The notes under the pieces: generated by a model
Databases searched by the model: none
What the model saw: the letters and a program-made list of their open reading frames with translations, nothing else
Told to the model about the DNA's origin: nothing
Made by a program: the position numbers and the translations under genes
Part shown: positions 1 to 9,630 of the stretch, in pieces
How the letters are laid out: the number at the start of each line of letters is the position of its first letter
How positions within the stretch are numbered: position 1 is the first letter of the stretch
Virus record (IMG/VR): IMGVR_UViG_3300024507_000282
Location: 40,861-104,860 of that record
DNA length: 64,000 nucleotides
DNA from: a virus
Lineage: Duplodnaviria > Heunggongvirae > Uroviricota > Caudoviricetes
Direction: 5' to 3' (one strand)

Positions 1-1
1 T

Positions 2-616
2 TATGCCAACAATAATAACTGGGCTGTTGATAGTTACAACGGGTCATTCACTGTCCTAAGCGGACAACTGTTCCGTGTGACTAACAACCTAAATGAAAGT
101 GGCGGCGCAGTAAAGATGGCTGTAGATACTACAGGTAACTTGGCCACTACTGGATTTATACAAGCAGGTGCTTGGAGAGCTGGACAAGTCATCAAAGATA
201 CTATGTTGAACAACAGCGAGTTTACTGTTAATAATACTACAGTGGCTACTAGCACCAGCGACACAGATCTTCTTACCTACAGTTATACACCGACCAGCAA
301 TTCAAGTTACTTGATCATACACGTTCACGTGGCAGACTATAGAGCGGCATCAGATAGTGGTGGTGCTGGTACAGACAGTTATTTTTCTCGTATCAAAGTA
401 GATGGTTCTGAAATAGTCTACGCTCGTCAAATGACAAGAAGTAATGAAAGCGGTAGAACAGGTAATTTATTTCCGCTAACGGGTAGATATACAAATTCAA
501 GTACCACAGCAAAGACTATTACCGTTGGTGTTCGTAGAGACTCAGCGGACGATAGCATAACCGTTACAAATTCATCAACAGCACTAACACTTCGTATTAC
601 AGAGATCGCTCGATAA
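2..616 (+). CDS. tail-fibre-like structural protein, C-terminal part (5' end upstream of window)
   Basis: frame open from window position 2; Thr/Ser/Asn-rich beta-rich composition typical of fibre/receptor-binding proteins; no catalytic motif. Confidence 0.35.
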   Translation, partial: YANNNNWAVDSYNGSFTVLSGQLFRVTNNLNESGGAVKMAVDTTGNLATTGFIQAGAWRAGQVIKDTMLNNSEFTVNNTTVATSTSDTDLLTYSYTPTSNSSYLIIHVHVADYRAASDSGGAGTDSYFSRIKVDGSEIVYARQMTRSNESGRTGNLFPLTGRYTNSSTTAKTITVGVRRDSADDSITVTNSSTALTLRITEIAR

Positions 617-649
617 CTAAATAATAGCACTTAATTACTAAGGATTATT

Positions 650-1459
650 ATGAAGAAGTTATTATTATTGTTAGCGTTTGTTTCAACCCAAGTGTTTGCC
701 TGGGAACAACGTGCTCCACTACCAGTACAAGCCTGTCAAGTACACAGTCCTTACGGCTTTGCTCAAACACAACGACAAGTTGCTCCAATTTGCCGCGAAG
801 CATATCTAGTAGCATACGATGCTCCTGTTAAGATTCCTGCTTATGTAGCATACACATTACTTCCACAAAATGCTTTAGGATGCTTTCCACGTACGAACGC
901 ATTCGTTGCGGATCAGTCAGTTCCTGGGGGTGCTACTCCTAATGACTACGCAGGCACAGGCTACGACAAAGGACATGCCGCTCCCGATGGTGACCTAAGT
1001 TGGTCACAGATCGTGGAGTATGAGAGTTTCCTAATGACCAATATGTATCCACAACACGGCAGTTTAAATCGTGGAATTTGGAAACTACTGGAAACTTCAG
1101 TACGTGGGTGGGCGGTACAGCAGAATCGTCCGTTTACAATATACGTTGGAGCATTTTATGGCGCTGGTGACGGTGTAATTGGCAATGGCGTTATTGTTCC
1201 ACATGGCTACTACAAGATTGTTATTGATCAACAAACAGGTGCTATTGCTGGTTGGGCTTTCCCACACACTAAACCATATGTTAATCTTGGCAACGACTTG
1301 ACCAAGTTCCGTGTACCAGTAGCACAAATACAACAACAAGCAGGCGTTACATTCAAGTATCCTGCTAACGCAAAAGAACTACAACCTGGACAAGAATGGC
1401 CTGTGGACTACGGTGCGTTAACTAATGCTAAACGTGCTAAGTGCGGCAAAGCAGATTAA
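650..1459 (+). CDS. secreted DNA/RNA non-specific endonuclease (Serratia NUC family)
   Basis: signal peptide MKKLLLLLAFVSTQVFA; DRGH-type active-site block GYDKGHAAPDGD; AGGA SD 7 nt upstream. Confidence 0.7.
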   Translation: MKKLLLLLAFVSTQVFAWEQRAPLPVQACQVHSPYGFAQTQRQVAPICREAYLVAYDAPVKIPAYVAYTLLPQNALGCFPRTNAFVADQSVPGGATPNDYAGTGYDKGHAAPDGDLSWSQIVEYESFLMTNMYPQHGSLNRGIWKLLETSVRGWAVQQNRPFTIYVGAFYGAGDGVIGNGVIVPHGYYKIVIDQQTGAIAGWAFPHTKPYVNLGNDLTKFRVPVAQIQQQAGVTFKYPANAKELQPGQEWPVDYGALTNAKRAKCGKAD

Positions 1460-1821
1460 CTGTAAATTTGTCTATATTTGAGTAATGCTAGTTGGCGAGC
1501 TAAAAACAATCGCCAACGAACATTATCACTGATACCGTCTTCGTGTTCAATCTTGTTTAAATCCCTACGACGATAACTGGTGATAACATCATCAATTTCT
1601 AGGAAATCTCCGTCCCAATCAGAGACAAAGATTTTATGTGGATGTCCAACAAATATCTTAGGTTTTTGGATTTTCGGTAGATTTACACGGACCTGTGCGC
1701 TTCGTATCACAGTCGGGTGTTGGGCAACGGAGACTGAATGGGTCGGGTTTTTCAAGCTCGTATTTGCCAGGCTTAATGTCAAACTTGTTGTCAACGCAAT
1801 GAATACTACTAAGCGTTTCAT
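1456..1821 (-). CDS. hypothetical secreted protein
   Basis: minus ORF with GAGGA SD 6 nt upstream and signal-like N-terminus; competing + ORF 1580-1858 has no SD. Confidence 0.35.
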   Translation of the reverse strand: MKRLVVFIALTTSLTLSLANTSLKNPTHSVSVAQHPTVIRSAQVRVNLPKIQKPKIFVGHPHKIFVSDWDGDFLEIDDVITSYRRRDLNKIEHEDGISDNVRWRLFLARQLALLKYRQIYS

Positions 1822-1912
1822 AATTGGTCCTCATCAACATAGTAATCCACCTTTTTAAGTGCTATAATATAATAACGCCTAACCCAACAGAGAAGTTTAC
1901 ATAAATAAGACT

Positions 1913-3325
1913 ATGAGAGCCAAAGAATTCTTATCCAAACTTTTTGAATCAAAATCCAACGTTTACGTAATTGGAGACAGTATTGCCAATGGCATTGCTG
2001 GCGCCGGTGGCGTTAGCAAAGAATACACTAATCCTGGAAAAAACACTACATTTGTTCTACAAAATCTTGTAACGCCCTTTGTTAAAAGTGGCAAAGCAAA
2101 AGGTGCTATTGTTATTTTAAGTAGTGGAGCCGCTAACAGTGGTAAAGTAGAAACAGAAGACGGAACACAGATTCAATCGGAAAACTTTGGTCCAATTAGT
2201 CAACAGATTAAAGCGTTAAAAGATGCAGGAGCATCGGTAGCACTAGTTGGTGTTGCTGATGGCAAAACACCTTTGCAAAAGCCTACAAAGTTTACTAATG
2301 GTAAACAATGGACTGTAGATTACACAGGCGCAAATCAAAAACTATCCGGCATTGCCGCAGGCGCAGGAGCAAAGTTTTTAGGTTCACTAAACACCTTTGA
2401 TCCAAACATAGCCAAGGGCGATGGCATACACCCGTTTAACGGATACAGTAAACTATTTCAAGCAGGTTCTTCTATTGCCGCACCTGCTAGTAAAGATACA
2501 GCAGACAATAAAGAAAAAGATGCTACGGCAGTTCCATTTAGTGTAGAAGTTCCAGACGGCAAACGTGGCCCATTAATTGCAGATGCACAAAAGGCATTAG
2601 AAGCATTGGGCGTACCTTTACCTAAATATGGTGTTGATGGGATTCAAGGTAAAGAAACAACAGGTGCTATCAAAACCTTCCAAGAGAAGAATGGCTTAGA
2701 AGCAACAGGAATTGTTAATCAGCAAACTGCGGATAAAATGAACGCCATGCTCAAAGCCAAGCCTGAAGTATTGGCTACTTTAACAAAGAGTACTAACAAG
2801 GATGTTAAGTCATTAGACTATAGCAGAGGTGCTGAAGAAGTTGCAGCCTTAACTAGCACCGAGAGTACGCAAAAGGCAAGAGCAACAGCAGAAAAGTATC
2901 TAGGACGTCCAATGGACGACAAAGAATGGAATTACTTGTTACGTGCTACAACTGCTGAAGCAAGCAATAACAGTAAAGAACAAGCCTATGTTATGGGCGT
3001 TATCCTAAACAGAACACGCACAGGTAATTGGGGCGACAATGTTATCAGTGTGTTAAGAGCTCCAAATCAGTTCCAAGCAGTTACTGGTACAAGATTTGAT
3101 CCGGGCCCAAGTGCTAACTTTACACGTGGCCCAACTGATAGACAATTGGCTAACATTGTAGATGGCGCAATTAATATTCTTCCGCAAGTTCCAACAAATC
3201 TCAAATACTTTACAGCGGCTTCTAGTGCGGCCTACGGTGCAGGCACTAACATTGGATTTAGAGATAAGATGATAGCCGCTGGCGGCGAAAAGATAGGCGG
3301 CACAATATTTGCCGCTCAAGTATAA
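1913..3325 (+). CDS. peptidoglycan hydrolase: GDS(L)-like N-domain, PG_binding_1 domain, SleB-type cell-wall hydrolase C-domain; CTS-like N-terminus MRAKEF
   Basis: motifs VIGDSIANG; GVDGIQGKETTGAIKTFQEKNGL; NSKEQAYVMGVILNRTRTG...APNQFQ (Hydrolase_2/SleB); N-terminus shared with three other ORFs. Confidence 0.7.
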   Translation: MRAKEFLSKLFESKSNVYVIGDSIANGIAGAGGVSKEYTNPGKNTTFVLQNLVTPFVKSGKAKGAIVILSSGAANSGKVETEDGTQIQSENFGPISQQIKALKDAGASVALVGVADGKTPLQKPTKFTNGKQWTVDYTGANQKLSGIAAGAGAKFLGSLNTFDPNIAKGDGIHPFNGYSKLFQAGSSIAAPASKDTADNKEKDATAVPFSVEVPDGKRGPLIADAQKALEALGVPLPKYGVDGIQGKETTGAIKTFQEKNGLEATGIVNQQTADKMNAMLKAKPEVLATLTKSTNKDVKSLDYSRGAEEVAALTSTESTQKARATAEKYLGRPMDDKEWNYLLRATTAEASNNSKEQAYVMGVILNRTRTGNWGDNVISVLRAPNQFQAVTGTRFDPGPSANFTRGPTDRQLANIVDGAINILPQVPTNLKYFTAASSAAYGAGTNIGFRDKMIAAGGEKIGGTIFAAQV

Positions 3326-3355
3326 AAAAGGACTCCGAAGAGTCCTTTTTTATTT
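3324..3355. terminator. bidirectional intrinsic terminator between convergent genes
   Basis: GGACTCcgaaGAGTCC stem, A-tract 5' and T-tract 3'. Confidence 0.7.
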
Positions 3356-3390
3356 TCTATAATTTCCCTATGGGATTAATATAATAATTA

Positions 3391-3657
3391 TTATTTCTTT
3401 GCGCCAGTATTAACAAAAGCGTACATCTTTTCAGCGGCTTCTAAAACTTTCTCAAGTCCTGGAAACTCTGGCATATCTACTTTGCTAACAATCTGACCTG
3501 TCTTCTCATCACGAGTAGCAGTCATTTCCCAACCTTGAAACTTCACATGGAAGTCTTGGCTAACTAAGTCTTTAGCCATTGCTAGTATGTCAGTACGAAT
3601 TTCATAACCGTTTTTGTTGAATTTTACTTCTGGTAGTTTTGGTGTTAAATCACTCAT
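3391..3657 (-). CDS. hypothetical protein
   Basis: 88 aa ORF, AGGAGAAAATT-ATG initiation region. Confidence 0.5.
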   Translation of the reverse strand: MSDLTPKLPEVKFNKNGYEIRTDILAMAKDLVSQDFHVKFQGWEMTATRDEKTGQIVSKVDMPEFPGLEKVLEAAEKMYAFVNTGAKK

Positions 3658-3686
3658 AATTTTCTCCTGTGTGTGTTAATTAATGA

Positions 3687-3893
3687 TTACTTAGTGTAAA
3701 CAGCGGCTGATGCGTTCTTAACGAATGCTTCTGCGATTGCTAGAGTAGTTTTAACTTGACCCTTGGCAAACTCAGTCTGTGCATCAACTAGTTTGATAAG
3801 TTCTTTTTTGAATGAATCGTTAGTGATAAATGTATTAACGATTTGCTTTTTAGCGTTTTGAACGCCGTCGATGTAAAAGTCTGGTGTAAACAT
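3687..3893 (-). CDS. hypothetical protein
   Basis: 68 aa ORF, AAGGAGAAAATT-ATG leader nearly identical to that of 3391-3657. Confidence 0.5.
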   Translation of the reverse strand: MFTPDFYIDGVQNAKKQIVNTFITNDSFKKELIKLVDAQTEFAKGQVKTTLAIAEAFVKNASAAVYTK

Positions 3894-3966
3894 AATTTTC
3901 TCCTTGTGTGTGTATGTTACGATTAACTAGCACCTTGCTAGTAATCTATAGTATATATGCCTTCTG

Positions 3967-4539
3967 TTAAAAAAGCAACGGAAATCTGAATATTTGAGCA
4001 AATTTCCTTTGTGTTTTGCCTAGATGGTCTATCTTAGCAAAATTGTCTTCCATGTACTCTTTCCATAGACTAACTGGAGTAGGGTTTGGAATTTCTATTT
4101 CACCGTGGCTGTCACTGTATTCTGTTTTAACAAGAACATTGTGTTTTCTAGCCAGGCTTTTAATTTTGTCATTGATACCTAAACAGACCATACAGCCGTG
4201 TTTGATATTACGATTTTGACAGTATTCAATAGCACGAGCCATTAGAGCATCGCCCATACCTTGACCTTGACATTCTTTAAAAACACTAAAGGCTAGTTCT
4301 GCTGGATCGTCTTCTAGACTGATATGTGCTACAGCAACAACTTCTAAGTTATCGTTTTCAATAGCAAATATTTTATGCTTATCCGAATTTAATTCCCAAC
4401 GATTAACTAATTCATTAATTGTTATATTTGGAATATGAAATCCAAATCGTAGATATCTAGTTTCGTCGTCGAGACTTAACAAGTGAGTTCTATATCTATA
4501 GAACTCGTGAGTCGGCAGTTTATAGATAGTGTAAGACAT
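3967..4539 (-). CDS. GNAT family N-acetyltransferase
   Basis: acetyl-CoA motif A QGQGMGDALM and surrounding fold-typical pattern. Confidence 0.6.
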   Translation of the reverse strand: MSYTIYKLPTHEFYRYRTHLLSLDDETRYLRFGFHIPNITINELVNRWELNSDKHKIFAIENDNLEVVAVAHISLEDDPAELAFSVFKECQGQGMGDALMARAIEYCQNRNIKHGCMVCLGINDKIKSLARKHNVLVKTEYSDSHGEIEIPNPTPVSLWKEYMEDNFAKIDHLGKTQRKFAQIFRFPLLF

Positions 4540-4540
4540 T

Positions 4541-4652
4541 ATTAATCTCTGTAGATTGATTGTGCGGCTTTGTAATCACCCATTCTTGCGAAGTGTGCGG
4601 CTACTCGCGCTTTTTGAAACGACTTTAAAAAGTCAGCAATAAATTTGAACAT
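4541..4652 (-). CDS. small hypothetical protein (36 aa)
   Basis: GGAGA SD 5 nt before ATG; directly upstream of the GNAT gene on the same strand. Confidence 0.3.
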
Positions 4653-4700
4653 TTTGTATTCTCCGTGTATGTGTGTAGTAACTCATGGTTTCTACTGATA

Positions 4701-4708
4701 TATTTATA
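4701..4708 (-). promoter_or_regulatory. T4-type late promoter box TATAAATA for the minus-strand block
   Basis: TATTTATA on + strand = TATAAATA on - strand, upstream of the 4652-3391 gene block. Confidence 0.4.
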
Positions 4709-4743
4709 CAATATAACGCAGTGCCACATACTTCCGTTGACTC

Positions 4744-4772
4744 TTGCAATTCCAAAATCTTTAATGTATAAT
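4744..4772 (+). promoter_or_regulatory. sigma70-like promoter (TTGCAA-N17-TATAAT)
   Basis: hexamers with 17-nt spacer 30 nt upstream of ATG 4802. Confidence 0.5.
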
Positions 4773-4801
4773 AGGTAAATACATAACAGGAAACAGGGCT
4801 T

Positions 4802-5077
4802 ATGAAAAAACGTACACGTTCGATTTTAGAAGAACTTAGTAGTTTAGGCAATAGTAGAAATACAGAACTTCTAATAGAAAATAGAGGTCAAAATATCATT
4901 GACAGCGCAGTTAATCTACTAAGTTTAGTGCGCCAGCAGTTCAATGAGGAAGAAAGTGCAGAACTAGAACGCCGTTTCCTTAATGCTATACGCACAGGTG
5001 ACCCACGCAAATTCCGCCGTGGAGTACAGAAAATTCAAGAACAGCGCAGAGCCGCTAAAAATAATCCTGAAAACTAA
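4802..5077 (+). CDS. hypothetical protein
   Basis: 91 aa ORF, charged/helical. Confidence 0.5.
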   Translation: MKKRTRSILEELSSLGNSRNTELLIENRGQNIIDSAVNLLSLVRQQFNEEESAELERRFLNAIRTGDPRKFRRGVQKIQEQRRAAKNNPEN

Positions 5078-5165
5078 CCGATAGACACCGGTTTTTCTCC
5101 TTTTGGCTAAATAAAATTACAAAAGTCCTATAGAGTAATAGGCATATGACACGAGGAGAAAAATT

Positions 5166-5504
5166 ATGTCAGCAACAACACGTTATAATGGTAGCACAAA
5201 ATTTGTGCAAGGTACTGTATACTCAGTATATCAATTAAAAGCATTCGTTATCGATGCTGGTGCAACACTAGCAGATCAAGATGGCGACGGCGCAGGTGAA
5301 GTAGATCAAGCTCTTGAAGCAGTAGTTCGTGAAGTACAACCTTTAATGTACTATTCAGCAACAGACAAGATCCATGTTATCGTTGATGGTCACGCTGTAG
5401 ATGCAACAACACTACAAGCACGTATCCAAGCAATGGGTACTGTTAACGGTTACGACCTAAGCGGTGCAACTGTTACTTTAGCATCTAGTTTAACAATCGC
5501 TTAA
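5166..5504 (+). CDS. hypothetical protein
   Basis: GAGGAGAAAAATT-ATG; followed by a strong terminator. Confidence 0.55.
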   Translation: MSATTRYNGSTKFVQGTVYSVYQLKAFVIDAGATLADQDGDGAGEVDQALEAVVREVQPLMYYSATDKIHVIVDGHAVDATTLQARIQAMGTVNGYDLSGATVTLASSLTIA

Positions 5505-5532
5505 TAGCAAATAACCCAGGGATGGGAAGGAA

Positions 5533-5562
5533 GGGCCCTAGTTTATCTAGGGCTTTTTTTTG
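5533..5562 (+). terminator. intrinsic terminator
   Basis: CCCTAGtttatCTAGGG hairpin + T8. Confidence 0.7.
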
Positions 5563-5606
5563 ACTGGAAAATACATTAAATAATTGTTCATAGAGGCACA
5601 ATTAAA

Positions 5607-5936
5607 ATGAACGACTTCAACAACTTCAGAATAAAAACACTTAAACAAATTAAAATATGGGCATGGTTAGCGGCAGTACTACCCTTGGTATCTCTTGCAG
5701 GCATTTTCTTTATATGGGTATTTGGCGACAACACTCTCTTTGCCAGGGCTATGGTATTTGGTGAGACTAGTATGTTTGCCATAGCAGTGATATGGTGGTG
5801 GTGGGCAATATATGTTATCAACAAACTAGTACACCAGTGGGATAAAACTAGAGACAATGTTGGTGAAGTCTTGGTGGAACTTCGAGACATCAAAGACTTT
5901 GTCAAAGGTCGCAAATCGGTCAATACCGATAAATAA
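5607..5936 (+). CDS. membrane protein (2 TM)
   Basis: hydrophobic helices WAWLAAVLPLVSLAGIFFIWVF and FAIAVIWWWWAIYVI. Confidence 0.5.
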   Translation: MNDFNNFRIKTLKQIKIWAWLAAVLPLVSLAGIFFIWVFGDNTLFARAMVFGETSMFAIAVIWWWWAIYVINKLVHQWDKTRDNVGEVLVELRDIKDFVKGRKSVNTDK

Positions 5937-5987
5937 ATATAACAAAGGCACACAACTAGGCATGTATTTTTATTTTGGAGATAAAAC

Positions 5988-6230
5988 ATGGCTACAGCGC
6001 CTACAACAGAATTAGAAAAAACTAGTTTAGAAGCACACGTTGACCTTTGTGCTTTACGCTATGGACAACTTGAAGGTCGTTTAACTGCACTTGAAGAAAA
6101 AGTAGAGTCAGTGCATAACGATATCATCGAAGGTCAAAAGAGTTTAACCAAAGTTATTATTGGCACAGCCGGCACTATCATTGCAGGCGTTATTTCGTTA
6201 GTAGTAGCAATCTTATTAAAGATGGGTTGA
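5988..6230 (+). CDS. small tail-anchored membrane protein
   Basis: GGAG SD; C-terminal TM IIGTAGTIIAGVISLVVAILL. Confidence 0.5.
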   Translation: MATAPTTELEKTSLEAHVDLCALRYGQLEGRLTALEEKVESVHNDIIEGQKSLTKVIIGTAGTIIAGVISLVVAILLKMG

Positions 6231-6248
6231 ACCAACAGGATACATTAA

Positions 6249-6276
6249 AGCTCTAGTTTAACTAGGGCTTTTTTTG
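6249..6276 (+). terminator. intrinsic terminator (same family as 5533-5562)
   Basis: CTCTAGtttaaCTAGGG + T7; shares the CTAGGGCTTTTTTT 3' half with the previous terminator. Confidence 0.65.
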
Positions 6277-6294
6277 TGGCTGTTAAATACTCAC

Positions 6295-6720
6295 ATGAAA
6301 GAGTTTACCATACAGACGTTAGTAGATATTACTGAGACTGGACAGCGAAGAAAAGAGCCGGGCAAGGAAATAGACTATTTCCAAAATCAAAACTTTACAA
6401 TGTTGATTCAAACCATAGGTATGCGTGTAAACCCGCACTACATCAACAGTCCCAAACTTAGGGAAGATGATGTCAAGGACTATGGATTTGGATCTGCCTA
6501 CAAAGGCCAGCACAATATCTGGACATTTAAGTTTAGCATAGAGTATGCTGACGGATACAAAGATGCAGAAGGAAACAATGCAGGTCTGTTAATTGAAGAT
6601 TTAAACTTCATTCCAATGATTGTAGACTTGAACGAAACAGCAGACTTGGAACGTGCTCTGCTGGATACTAAATCTCCACAGCACAAGAACACAGTAATTT
6701 TTGCGTCGGACGACGAATAA
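6295..6720 (+). CDS. hypothetical protein
   Basis: ORF; first ATG taken at 6295 because the TTG at 6274 lies inside the terminator. Confidence 0.45.
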   Translation: MKEFTIQTLVDITETGQRRKEPGKEIDYFQNQNFTMLIQTIGMRVNPHYINSPKLREDDVKDYGFGSAYKGQHNIWTFKFSIEYADGYKDAEGNNAGLLIEDLNFIPMIVDLNETADLERALLDTKSPQHKNTVIFASDDE

Positions 6721-6727
6721 ATATAGT

Positions 6728-7456
6728 ATGAACGTCACAGAATTAACTGGTATTCCTAGTCCCGACTTTAGCATTAGTAATGCTGTGGTCTTCCACGACA
6801 TACTGAACCCTAAATTGTTCACTGAGTCGGGTATGATGCACGGGGAAGTACGCAGAGCGTTGATTGATATTGCTCGCCACTTTAAAGATTTCATAGGAGT
6901 TGAGTTAGACGTTAAAGATATCACAGTCAGCGGCAGTAACGCGGCATTCAGTTATACTCCACAGAGTGACTTGGATCTGCACATTGTTGTTGCTGTACCA
7001 GACAAGCCAGAATTCCGCGAACTGCTGGATGCCAAGAAAAATGTATATAATGCTAGACATGACATCAAAGTGCGAGGTATAGACGTAGAGCTATATGCCC
7101 AGGACGTAAACCAAGAGCACCACAGTTTGGGAATTTACAGCGTGTTAAGGAGTCGTTGGATTGAAAAACCCACACGACAAGATGTAGATATTAACACACA
7201 GGATGTTAAGGATAAGTACAAGAACTACAGAGATAGAATTATTGTAGTGTTAGGCGACAATGACATTGCCCTAGCAGAAGATATGTGGAAAGACATAAAA
7301 CGTATGCGACAGGCAGGTCTAGCCCGTGATGGAGAATTTGGCACAGAGAATTTAGTATTCAAAATGCTACGCAGTCAGGGATGGATCGAAAAACTCAATG
7401 ATCATATTAACACACTACAAGATCAAGAATTAAGTATAGAGCAGAGACAACTATGA
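6728..7456 (+). CDS. nucleotidyltransferase, Pol-beta superfamily
   Basis: hG[GS]x9-13Dh[DE]h signature: VSGSNAAFSYTPQSDLDLHIVVAV. Confidence 0.55.
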   Translation: MNVTELTGIPSPDFSISNAVVFHDILNPKLFTESGMMHGEVRRALIDIARHFKDFIGVELDVKDITVSGSNAAFSYTPQSDLDLHIVVAVPDKPEFRELLDAKKNVYNARHDIKVRGIDVELYAQDVNQEHHSLGIYSVLRSRWIEKPTRQDVDINTQDVKDKYKNYRDRIIVVLGDNDIALAEDMWKDIKRMRQAGLARDGEFGTENLVFKMLRSQGWIEKLNDHINTLQDQELSIEQRQL

Positions 7457-7716
7457 AAATATCAGACTTATTAGAAGCAGTACCCCCAGCACCAGGTGCC
7501 GCGCCCGCTCCAGGAGCCACAGCGCAAGGAGCCACACTGGATCCTAATAATCAAATGGTTGCTCAGGATCCTGCCGCACAGCAAAAACAAATGCAGTTAC
7601 AGATAGCACAGCATCAAAAAGAAGTGCAAGACAAGAAAAAAGAAATTACTGATCAAATCGCTGATTTAACAAAACAGATAACTGACCTTAAAAAGCAGAT
7701 GGCTGAATTAAAATGA
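7453..7716 (+). CDS. small coiled-coil protein with Ala/Pro-rich N-terminus
   Basis: ATGA start overlap with upstream gene; heptad-like C-terminus. Confidence 0.5.
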   Translation: MKISDLLEAVPPAPGAAPAPGATAQGATLDPNNQMVAQDPAAQQKQMQLQIAQHQKEVQDKKKEITDQIADLTKQITDLKKQMAELK

Positions 7717-7913
7717 AAATTAACGAATTTGTAAGAAAAATAGATGTATGGACCAGCAAGGAGGAACAAGAACTTCTTGAAACTATCACTGAGCCCAGCA
7801 TCTTAGCAGGATTTAATGAAAGAGAGCAATCCATAATCGAAAGTCTTATACGTAAGAGTCTGTTAATTAAAGTACAAGGTAAACATTCTTCTTACGTATA
7901 TCCAAATGTTTGA
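7713..7913 (+). CDS. hypothetical protein
   Basis: translationally coupled ORF. Confidence 0.45.
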   Translation: MKINEFVRKIDVWTSKEEQELLETITEPSILAGFNEREQSIIESLIRKSLLIKVQGKHSSYVYPNV

Positions 7914-8349
7914 TATTAAACAAGCCGCCGCAGATTTAGATTCCATGCTCTATGACATAGTTGTCAAGCAGGGCATCTTTGTAGCAGTAAACAAACGTCA
8001 GATACGATACAAGAAGTATATCATTGTAAAAGGTACAGACGATAATTGGAACGTAATTTTAGCAGACAAACGCAAAATTCACGTGGCCACAGTATTTTTA
8101 AAAGTAAGTGCTTTTGCTATATGCAAAATGCACGAAAAAGGCAAAAAACACAGCATCGATGATATTAAAAACAACGATGAGATTTTTAGAAAGAACTATA
8201 TAGATTCACAGTTTTACAGAAAAACAGCCCAGAACGCAAAGGACCCTGTGACTAGGGAAAGTGCTTACTGGAGATTTGAGTTAGTCAAGGATTATGCTAA
8301 GACAGCCAAGGCTCGAATCGACAACCTGTTCTACTCGTCGATTGTATAA
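7906..8349 (+). CDS. hypothetical protein
   Basis: 147 aa ORF, basic. Confidence 0.5.
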   Translation: MFDIKQAAADLDSMLYDIVVKQGIFVAVNKRQIRYKKYIIVKGTDDNWNVILADKRKIHVATVFLKVSAFAICKMHEKGKKHSIDDIKNNDEIFRKNYIDSQFYRKTAQNAKDPVTRESAYWRFELVKDYAKTAKARIDNLFYSSIV

Positions 8350-8352
8350 ATA
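8345..8352 (+). promoter_or_regulatory. T4-type late promoter box TATAAATA
   Basis: exact octamer overlapping the upstream stop codon, 30 nt before ATG 8383. Confidence 0.45.
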
Positions 8353-8382
8353 ATAAAACAACTTCACAGGAAGATTTTAACC

Positions 8383-9270
8383 ATGCGTATTACAGAACTT
8401 AACAAACCATTAACTGCCAAGGCGTTAAACGAAAGCGTAGCCCAGCAATTTGGACAGAAAATTGATTTAGAGAGTTTCACTCTTGAACAGTTAGAAGATG
8501 CACGTAACAAGTTACGTACAAAGATTAGTCAGTTTGAAGCCAGCGAGAGCTACAATGCTGTCTACGAAGACGAAACATATTCTAAGAACAAACTGTTCCT
8601 AGATGTGTTAAATCGTGCTATCGAAGAGCGTAGCAACGAAATGACTACTGACAGCGGCTATACTGAAATGGAAAGCATGGTATTAGAAAAAGTAGAGCAA
8701 GGTGTTATCGCATTTGAAGATCTTCCAGAAGAATTACAGAATAAAGTTAATAAGAACAAAGCCGTAGTACAAGTAGAATCTGTACTACGTGAAGGCGAAG
8801 AAGAAAAGGCCGAGTTAATCATGGCCGCTCGTGACATGGTTGACCGCGTTACAGGCTGGATGGAAGACACAGCAAATATGCAGGCCGAATCAATGTTAGA
8901 ATTAATTGACTCTATAAGAGACGAAATGGGCAGTGATACATCAATGGAGTTCGAGGGAGTTGTTAAACCAGCCCTTGCAACTATCTACACAGCATTAGAA
9001 AGTTCACGTCAGCAACTAACACAAGCAGTTGCTATCTTAACAGGCGAAGGTGAAGGAGCCGCTCCAACAATGGGCGCAGAGCCAGCACCAGAAGCAGGCG
9101 CAGAAGAACCAGAAGCAGGTGCTGAATCAGGCACAGTAGTTGGCGGTGAAGAAGAAGCAGGAGCGGCTGCTCCAGCGGCAGGTGGCGAAGAGCCCGCAGG
9201 TCGTGCTACTCGTGAATCAATCGAGTTTAGCCGTAAACTAGCAAGTTTACTAGCACCAAAAAAAAAGTAA
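8383..9270 (+). CDS. acidic protein with Ala/Glu/Gly/Pro low-complexity C-terminus (late gene; scaffold-like?)
   Basis: late box upstream; net acidic; tail EGEGAAPTMGAEPAPEAGAEEPEAGAE... Confidence 0.5.
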   Translation: MRITELNKPLTAKALNESVAQQFGQKIDLESFTLEQLEDARNKLRTKISQFEASESYNAVYEDETYSKNKLFLDVLNRAIEERSNEMTTDSGYTEMESMVLEKVEQGVIAFEDLPEELQNKVNKNKAVVQVESVLREGEEEKAELIMAARDMVDRVTGWMEDTANMQAESMLELIDSIRDEMGSDTSMEFEGVVKPALATIYTALESSRQQLTQAVAILTGEGEGAAPTMGAEPAPEAGAEEPEAGAESGTVVGGEEEAGAAAPAAGGEEPAGRATRESIEFSRKLASLLAPKKK

Positions 9271-9311
9271 TTGAGGCAACCGATCCAAACCTAATCCTAA
9301 TTCTTAGGAGT

Positions 9312-9599
9312 TTGATCGGTAAAGCCGATAGCAAAAACATTCCAGGCAATTTTAGATGGGACGAAATTAATCGTTTCATGACAAACATTGGCCAAGAAGA
9401 ATTCGACTACGACACATTTAAATTAACCTTCGATGCAGATCCTAATCTACAAAAATTAGTAGCACGATTTGATCAAAACGGCATTGAACTAAAGACTAAA
9501 AATCAAACACCACCACAAGGTCCAGTAGACGGCGACACAGGCAGTGACGCTGTTGCACAAATGGCAAAACACGCAACAAATACAGCAATGGCCTCTTGA
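9312..9599 (+). CDS. hypothetical protein (start uncertain)
   Basis: ORF with TTG start close to AGGAG; internal ATG alternatives. Confidence 0.4.
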   Translation: MIGKADSKNIPGNFRWDEINRFMTNIGQEEFDYDTFKLTFDADPNLQKLVARFDQNGIELKTKNQTPPQGPVDGDTGSDAVAQMAKHATNTAMAS

Positions 9600-9630
9600 C
9601 AGGCTGTAAACATAATGTTATAATTGCGTC

